41,623 bases of DNA from Chthoniobacteraceae bacterium. GTDB lineage: Bacteria > Verrucomicrobiota > Verrucomicrobiia > Chthoniobacterales > Chthoniobacteraceae. Below, one piece after another: positions 36,940 through 41,623 of the stretch. The translations under genes were made by a program, and so were the position numbers. Under the pieces are notes generated by a model, which worked only from the letters and a program-made list of their open reading frames with translations, ran no database searches and was not told the DNA's origin. The DNA lies in contig JANNWY010000313.1 in assembly GCA_031409335.1 (NCBI GenBank), positions 1 to 41,623 of the forward strand, in the 5' to 3' direction. Each line of letters opens with the position of its first letter. The first letter of the stretch is position 1.

Positions 36940-37047
36940 GAACATCGAACGTCGAACATCGAACATCGAACATCGAAGTGCGGACCCCGCGTCGCAGTTG
37001 CTCTCCGACTTCGATGTTCGTTGTTCGATGTTCGACGTTCGATGTTC
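36940..37047. repeat. Inverted heptamer-repeat element (GAACATC)5 ... (GATGTTC)5
   Basis: 40-bp arms at 36940-36979 and 37008-37047, complementary except for one mismatch. Confidence 0.92.
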
Positions 37048-37065
37048 GCCTTTTTCCGAACTCCA

Positions 37066-38199
37066 ATGAACGCTCTCGCCAACATCTCCACCGAACGCGA
37101 CGACACCCGCACCCTCGTCGTCGTCTTCCTCCGCGGCGCTGCCGACGGGCTCACGCTGGTCGCGCCGATCGCGGACGACAACTACCACAAATTCCGCCCG
37201 CGGCTCGCCGTGAAAGCGAAGGAGGCCGTGCGGCTCGATGACACGTTCGGCTTTCACCCAAACCTCCGCGCGCTGGTGCCTGCGTGGAAAGATGGCGACC
37301 TCGCGATCATCCACGGCGCGGGTGGTGAAAGTGATTCGCGTTCGCACTTTGAAGCGCAGGACATGATGGAGCACGGCGGCCTCGCGGCGGGCGGATGGCT
37401 CGCGCGATACCTCCGCGCCCGCGGGCCGTCGCAGAGCCCGCTCTCCGCGGTGGCGCTCTCCGCGACGCTGCCGGAATCGCTCTCCGGCGCGCCGAGTGCG
37501 GCGGCGCTCCAGTCGCTGGAAGAATTCGCGATTTCGAGCAAGAAAGGCGGCGACGACGTGGCTTTCAAACGCGAGCTGCGGCGGCTTTACGATCTCGAAC
37601 GCGGACCGGTGAAGGACGCGGCGGCGGCGACGTTTGAGGCGCTCAATCGCATCGAGTCGATCGACGCGAAAGCGAAGCCGCTGAACGGCGCGGAATACGA
37701 CGAGAAGGATTATTTCGCGCAAGGTCTGCGGCAAGTCGCGCAACTCGTCCGCGCCGATGTCGGCCTCGATGCCGCGAGCGTCGATCTCCACGGCTGGGAC
37801 ACGCATTTTACCCAAATCTCCGGCATCGAACCGTTGATGCTCAAACTCGCCAACGGCCTCGCCGCCTTCCGCCGCGACCTCGGCGCGCGCATGGCCACAA
37901 CGACCGTCGTCGTGATGACCGAGTTCGGCCGGCGCGTCGCGGAGAACGCCAGCTTCGGCACCGATCACGGCCGCGGCGGCGTGAGCTTCGTGATGGGCGG
38001 CGGCGTGAAAGGCGGTCGCGTGCTCGGCGGCTGGACCGGCCTGCAACCCGAAATCCTCGACGGCCCCGGCGACCTGCCCGTGACGAATAACTACCGCAAC
38101 ATCCTCGCCCCCGTCCTCGCCCGCCACGGCGCGACGCCGGACGGCCTCGCGAATATCTTCCCCGATTTCACGCTGAATCCGCTCGGGCTTTACGCGTAG
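37066..38199 (+). CDS. DUF1501 family protein
   Basis: LVVVFLRGAADGL, RSHFEAQ, GWDTH, MTEFGRRVAEN..GTDHG. Canonical partner of DUF1800. Confidence 0.9.
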   Translation: MNALANISTERDDTRTLVVVFLRGAADGLTLVAPIADDNYHKFRPRLAVKAKEAVRLDDTFGFHPNLRALVPAWKDGDLAIIHGAGGESDSRSHFEAQDMMEHGGLAAGGWLARYLRARGPSQSPLSAVALSATLPESLSGAPSAAALQSLEEFAISSKKGGDDVAFKRELRRLYDLERGPVKDAAAATFEALNRIESIDAKAKPLNGAEYDEKDYFAQGLRQVAQLVRADVGLDAASVDLHGWDTHFTQISGIEPLMLKLANGLAAFRRDLGARMATTTVVVMTEFGRRVAENASFGTDHGRGGVSFVMGGGVKGGRVLGGWTGLQPEILDGPGDLPVTNNYRNILAPVLARHGATPDGLANIFPDFTLNPLGLYA

Positions 38200-38244
38200 G
38201 TTTTTTCGTTACGCTGAGTGCGCGCGGCGTGCTAATCTGTGCGC

Positions 38245-38451
38245 ATGACGGTTAAAGAAACCATTCACAAGTGGGTTGATTCGATCCCGGACGATTCGCC
38301 CGGCTTGCTTGATCTTTACGAGCAAGCCCGACTCAGCGCGGCAATTGAGGAAGGTATGGCAGATGTGCGTGCGGGACGAATGCTGACCTTTGAAGAAGTG
38401 GACCGGCGGATGCAGGCGAAATGGGCGAAGCGAAATTCCGCGTCGAAGTAA
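38245..38451 (+). CDS. Type II antitoxin (ParD-like)
   Basis: Small protein with AAIEEGMADVRAGRMLTFEEV, overlapping the downstream ParE gene. Extended -10 TGCTAATCT at 38230-38238. Confidence 0.75.
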   Translation: MTVKETIHKWVDSIPDDSPGLLDLYEQARLSAAIEEGMADVRAGRMLTFEEVDRRMQAKWAKRNSASK

Positions 38452-38747
38452 CCGAGCGGGCCGCTGCTGATCTGGACGAGATCGACACTTACTGGACTGA
38501 CCGTGGCGACGCCTGGCGTGGCGAGAAGTATTACCACGACCTCCGCGAATTCGCGCTCCGGGAACTGGGCGATGCCGATCAGGCAAGACGCGGTCGCTTC
38601 CTGAAAGACCAGCGCAATCCCAACGCGCGTTCCATTCTTGCCTTTGGCGTTTACTTCGTGATCTACGAAATCGACGAAACCTCCGCGCGCGTAAATGTCG
38701 TCCGCTTCTGGCACGCGCATCGCGACGATCCCCGCCGCGAACTCTGA
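38421..38747 (+). CDS. RelE/ParE-family type II toxin
   Basis: FRVEVTERAAADLDEIDTY..YFVIYEI..VNVVRFWHAHRD. Confidence 0.85.
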   Translation: MGEAKFRVEVTERAAADLDEIDTYWTDRGDAWRGEKYYHDLREFALRELGDADQARRGRFLKDQRNPNARSILAFGVYFVIYEIDETSARVNVVRFWHAHRDDPRREL

Positions 38748-38762
38748 AAATCACTTTTTTCC

Positions 38763-40376
38763 ATGCCCACCTTCTTCATCACCACCGCCATCGACTACAC
38801 CAACGGCGCGCCGCACATCGGGCACGCTTACGAGAAGGTGCTCACCGATGTGCTCGCGCGTTATCATCGGCTGAAAGGTGACGAGGTTTTTTACCTCACC
38901 GGCGTCGATCAGCATGGGCAGAAGGTTCAGCAGTCGGCGGAAAGGCACGGCGTCGCGCCGCAGGAATTTGTCGATGGGATCACGGCGAAATTTGTCGCGC
39001 TTTGGGAGAAACTCGATGTGCGTTACGACGGCTGGGCGGCGACCACGGCGCAGGGTCACAAGGATTGCGTGCGCGCGATTTTGCAGCGGCTTTGGGATGA
39101 TCAGGATCCCGCGACCGGCGCGAGCAAGTGGCTCTATAAAAAGAGCGCGGGCGGCTGGTATTCCGTGCGGCAGGAGCAATTCCTCACCGACAAGGAGCGC
39201 GGGGAAGATGGCGAGTTTGGTCCCGAATGGGGGCAGGTCGAGTTTCGCGAGGAGGAAAATTTCTACTTCCGCCTGCTCGATCACAAACAGTGGCTACTCG
39301 ACCTGATCGACAAACGCAGCGCCGCCGGAAACCCGCTCGTCATTCCCGACTTCCGCGTCGGCGAACTTCGCAACGCGGTCGAAAAACTCGAAGGCGATCT
39401 CTGCATCTCGCGTCCTGCCGCGCGGCTCCAGTGGGGCATCCCGTTTCCCGAGAGTTTCGGTGCGGGATACGTCACGTTCGTGTGGTTCGACGCGCTGGTG
39501 AACTACCTCAGTTTTGCGCCCGGCTTCGACCCGCTCACCAGCAGCGGCCATTCCGGCGTCTTCCGCCACTGGTGGCCCGCGCTACACGTTATCGGCAAAG
39601 ACATCCTCATCCCCGCGCACGGCGTCTATTGGCCGATCATGCTGAAGTCGCTCGGCTTCGCGGACGCCGATATCCCCGCGCTGCTCGTGCATGGCTGGTG
39701 GAACATCAGCGGCGCGAAGATGAGCAAGAGCCTCGGAAATGTGGTCGATCCCGATGCGCTCGCGGATAAATACGGAGCGGAGGCGCTGCGGTATTATTTG
39801 ATGAGCGACATCGCGACGGGGAAGGACGCGGATTTTTCGGAGGAGCGGTTGGTGCAGCGATACAATACGGACCTTGCAAATAGCCTCGGCAATCTGCTCA
39901 ACCGAACGTTGAATATGGTTCAGAAATATCGGGAAGGGCGTCTCGATCTGGGTCAATCGACAAAGGAACTTTCAAAGGAACTTTTCGACCGTTGGAGCAT
40001 TTCAAAGGCAGTTGAATACTATCCGGGGTGGTTCGACCACTTTGATGTCAACGGTGCAGTTGCTGATATTACTTTTGGGATAGCACGCGTCTGCAATCTC
40101 CAGATCCAAGAAGAGGCTCCTTGGCAGCTTGCAAAAGATCCTGCGCAAGCCGAGCGCCTCGACGCCGTTCTCTACACGCTCGCCGAATCCCTCCGCATCA
40201 TCGCCATCCTCATCTCCCCGGTCCTCCCGAAAGCCGCCGCGGGCATCTTCGCGCAGCTCAATTGGGACAAACCCTTTCGGCTCGAAGACGCGAAGTGGGG
40301 CGGGCTGCCGGATGGCCATGTGCTTGGCACGCCGACGCCACTCTTCCCGCGCATCGAGACTGCGCCTCCCGCGTAA
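38763..40376 (+). CDS. metG: Methionine--tRNA ligase (short form)
   Basis: ITTAIDYTNGAPHIGHAYE, TGVDQHGQK, VWFDAL, IGKDI, KMSKSLGN, DLANSLGNLLNR, LFPRI. Confidence 0.96.
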   Translation: MPTFFITTAIDYTNGAPHIGHAYEKVLTDVLARYHRLKGDEVFYLTGVDQHGQKVQQSAERHGVAPQEFVDGITAKFVALWEKLDVRYDGWAATTAQGHKDCVRAILQRLWDDQDPATGASKWLYKKSAGGWYSVRQEQFLTDKERGEDGEFGPEWGQVEFREEENFYFRLLDHKQWLLDLIDKRSAAGNPLVIPDFRVGELRNAVEKLEGDLCISRPAARLQWGIPFPESFGAGYVTFVWFDALVNYLSFAPGFDPLTSSGHSGVFRHWWPALHVIGKDILIPAHGVYWPIMLKSLGFADADIPALLVHGWWNISGAKMSKSLGNVVDPDALADKYGAEALRYYLMSDIATGKDADFSEERLVQRYNTDLANSLGNLLNRTLNMVQKYREGRLDLGQSTKELSKELFDRWSISKAVEYYPGWFDHFDVNGAVADITFGIARVCNLQIQEEAPWQLAKDPAQAERLDAVLYTLAESLRIIAILISPVLPKAAAGIFAQLNWDKPFRLEDAKWGGLPDGHVLGTPTPLFPRIETAPPA

Positions 40377-40392
40377 ACGCGTGGCGAAGAAC

Positions 40393-40560
40393 TCTGGGTA
40401 GCACGTTCGTCTCGAACGTTGGTTTTGGCGTCCCGCCGAAACGAACTTTGAGAACCGTGTCTCGGAGAAAAGTCGAACGCGTCTCGTGTTGCGGACGCGT
40501 AGGGAAGTCCGCGAAGGCGGGACGCCTTCGCCAACGCTCGGGACGAGCGTGCTACCCGGA
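40393..40560. repeat. REP/MITE-like palindromic intergenic element
   Basis: Ends TCTGGGTAGCACGTTCGTCTCGAACGTTGG pair with CCAACGCTCGGGACGAGCGTGCTACCCGGA. Inner GGCGTCCCGCC pairs with GGCGGGACGCC. Internal hairpin GCGAAGGCG-GGA-CGCCTTCGC. Confidence 0.8.
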
Positions 40561-40648
40561 GCACTCGGGCCGCGCGTTCTCCGCGCGAACGCTTTCACCG
40601 CGCGTATTTTCATTTGCCGCGCCTCCCGCGCGCGCATACCTCATCGCG

Positions 40649-41551
40649 ATGCGCACCATCGGTAAACTCGCGTCGGAAAAAGCCGCCGCGCGTTTCAGCG
40701 ACTTCCTTTACGTCCGCGGCATCGAGAATCAATTCGAGTCGGAAGACGACGGCTCATTTTCGCTCTGGATCATGGACGACACGCAGCGCACCTCCGCCAC
40801 GGAATTGCTCGCGAGCTTTCGCGCAAATCCCGACGCGCCGACATTCGACGCGGCGGCGGATGCCGGGAAAAAACGCCGCGCGGAAACCGCGGCCGGGGAA
40901 TCGCAAAAATCGAGCGTCATCAGTGCCGAACGGCTCCAGTACGAGCGGAGTTTTCAGGCGATGCCGTACGTCACCTACCTGCTCGCGATTGCGTCGATCG
41001 CCGTCGCGATCTTTTCAAATTTCGGAGAGAACAAAGCGGCCATCCATCATCTTTTCATCGCCGATCTCATCGTGGAGGGCGACTTCGCCCGCTGGCTGCC
41101 CGGCCTCGTGGAAGTGCGTGCCGGACAGGTCTGGCGGCTCATCACACCGATCTTCATCCACTTCGGACCGCTGCACATCGTGTTCAATATGATGATGCTC
41201 CACTACCTCGGAGGCCTGGTCGAAAAACATTTTAGCGGATGGTATCTCGCCGCTTTCGTCGTCATCGTCGCCGTACTGTCGAACTTGGGCCAGTACGTCC
41301 TGGTCGGGCCGGTTTTTGGTGGAATGTCGGGAATCGTTTACGCGCTCTTCGGCTTTCTTTGGATGCGTGGAAAGCACGATCCCACCTCCAGCTTCCGGCT
41401 CAATCCGAGCACCGTGTATTCCCTCATCGGCTGGTTTGTCATCTGCGTTTTCGGCATCATTCCACACGTCGCCAATGTGTGTCACGGCGTCGGACTCGGT
41501 ATTGGGATGGCTTGGGGATGGCTGAGCGCGCGCCCCCGGTTTTCGCGCTAG
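40649..41551 (+). CDS. glpG: Rhomboid family intramembrane serine protease (GlpG-like)
   Basis: N-terminal soluble domain (AARFSDFLYVRGI), QVWRLITPIFIHFG..HIVFN, FGGMSG, ANVCHGVG. Confidence 0.88.
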   Translation: MRTIGKLASEKAAARFSDFLYVRGIENQFESEDDGSFSLWIMDDTQRTSATELLASFRANPDAPTFDAAADAGKKRRAETAAGESQKSSVISAERLQYERSFQAMPYVTYLLAIASIAVAIFSNFGENKAAIHHLFIADLIVEGDFARWLPGLVEVRAGQVWRLITPIFIHFGPLHIVFNMMMLHYLGGLVEKHFSGWYLAAFVVIVAVLSNLGQYVLVGPVFGGMSGIVYALFGFLWMRGKHDPTSSFRLNPSTVYSLIGWFVICVFGIIPHVANVCHGVGLGIGMAWGWLSARPRFSR

Positions 41552-41583
41552 ACACTTCCACCTCCCGGCCTAGCCTCGCGCCT

Positions 41584-41623
41584 GTGTCTGACGCCGTTTC
41601 ATTGAAAAAGACCCCGCTCCACG
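41584..41623 (+). CDS. Possible 5' end of glycine cleavage T protein (partial)
   Basis: GTG start giving MSDAVSLKKTPLH, like GcvT N-termini (LKxTPLH). Preceded by TAGACA-N16-TAGCCT. Only 13 codons are visible. Confidence 0.4.
   Translation, partial: MSDAVSLKKTPLH

Noticed and set aside
36940..37047. Possible CRISPR array (also considered for 26511-26605 and 40393-40560)
   Set aside because: These are tandem heptamers or inverted repeats without unique spacers between direct repeats; no cas genes present.
40121..40648. Long N-terminal extensions in track ORFs (rhomboid; also SGNH 32923-33393, GT39 22091-22342, GT4, L,D-transpeptidase, argS, DUF1501)
   Set aside because: They overlap neighbouring genes or repeats and have non-protein-like composition; downstream ATGs give proper N-termini.

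Overview
GC-rich bacterial chromosomal DNA. The gene content (CotH/lamin-tail giant protein, DUF1549/DUF1553, DUF1800/DUF1501, an Amuc_1102-like protein, heptamer and long palindromic repeats) suggests Verrucomicrobiota; this is an inference. Housekeeping and envelope genes include argS, metG, a PTS IIA protein, a rhomboid protease, an L,D-transpeptidase, GT4, PAP2 plus an ArnT-like GT39, a ~2090-aa TPR protein, an SGNH hydrolase and two radical SAM enzymes. Accessory or unusual elements: (1) a decayed Fic-gene tail followed by a three-gene cassette of wHTH-like protein, HigB/Gp49-like toxin and a CONVERGENT Xre protein (6930-8643); (2) a DUF2946/CruR-like CxxC...PPPR leader ORF, a G-free C-rich spacer, a His/Glu-loop outer-membrane barrel and a YHS lipoprotein, a candidate metal-sensing, translation-arrest-controlled uptake module (33018-34824); (3) an Rrf2-KamA operon with a TGTAA-N9-TTACA operator just downstream of its -35 box; (4) an uncalled 32-aa Cys-tailed small ORF; (5) a nested repeat architecture in the CotH protein; (6) a low-GC patch inside metG, a heptamer repeat inside argS, and a ParE-type TA pair upstream of metG. 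No rRNA, tRNA, CRISPR array, integrase or transposase was recognised. All family calls come from motif recognition by eye, not database searches.
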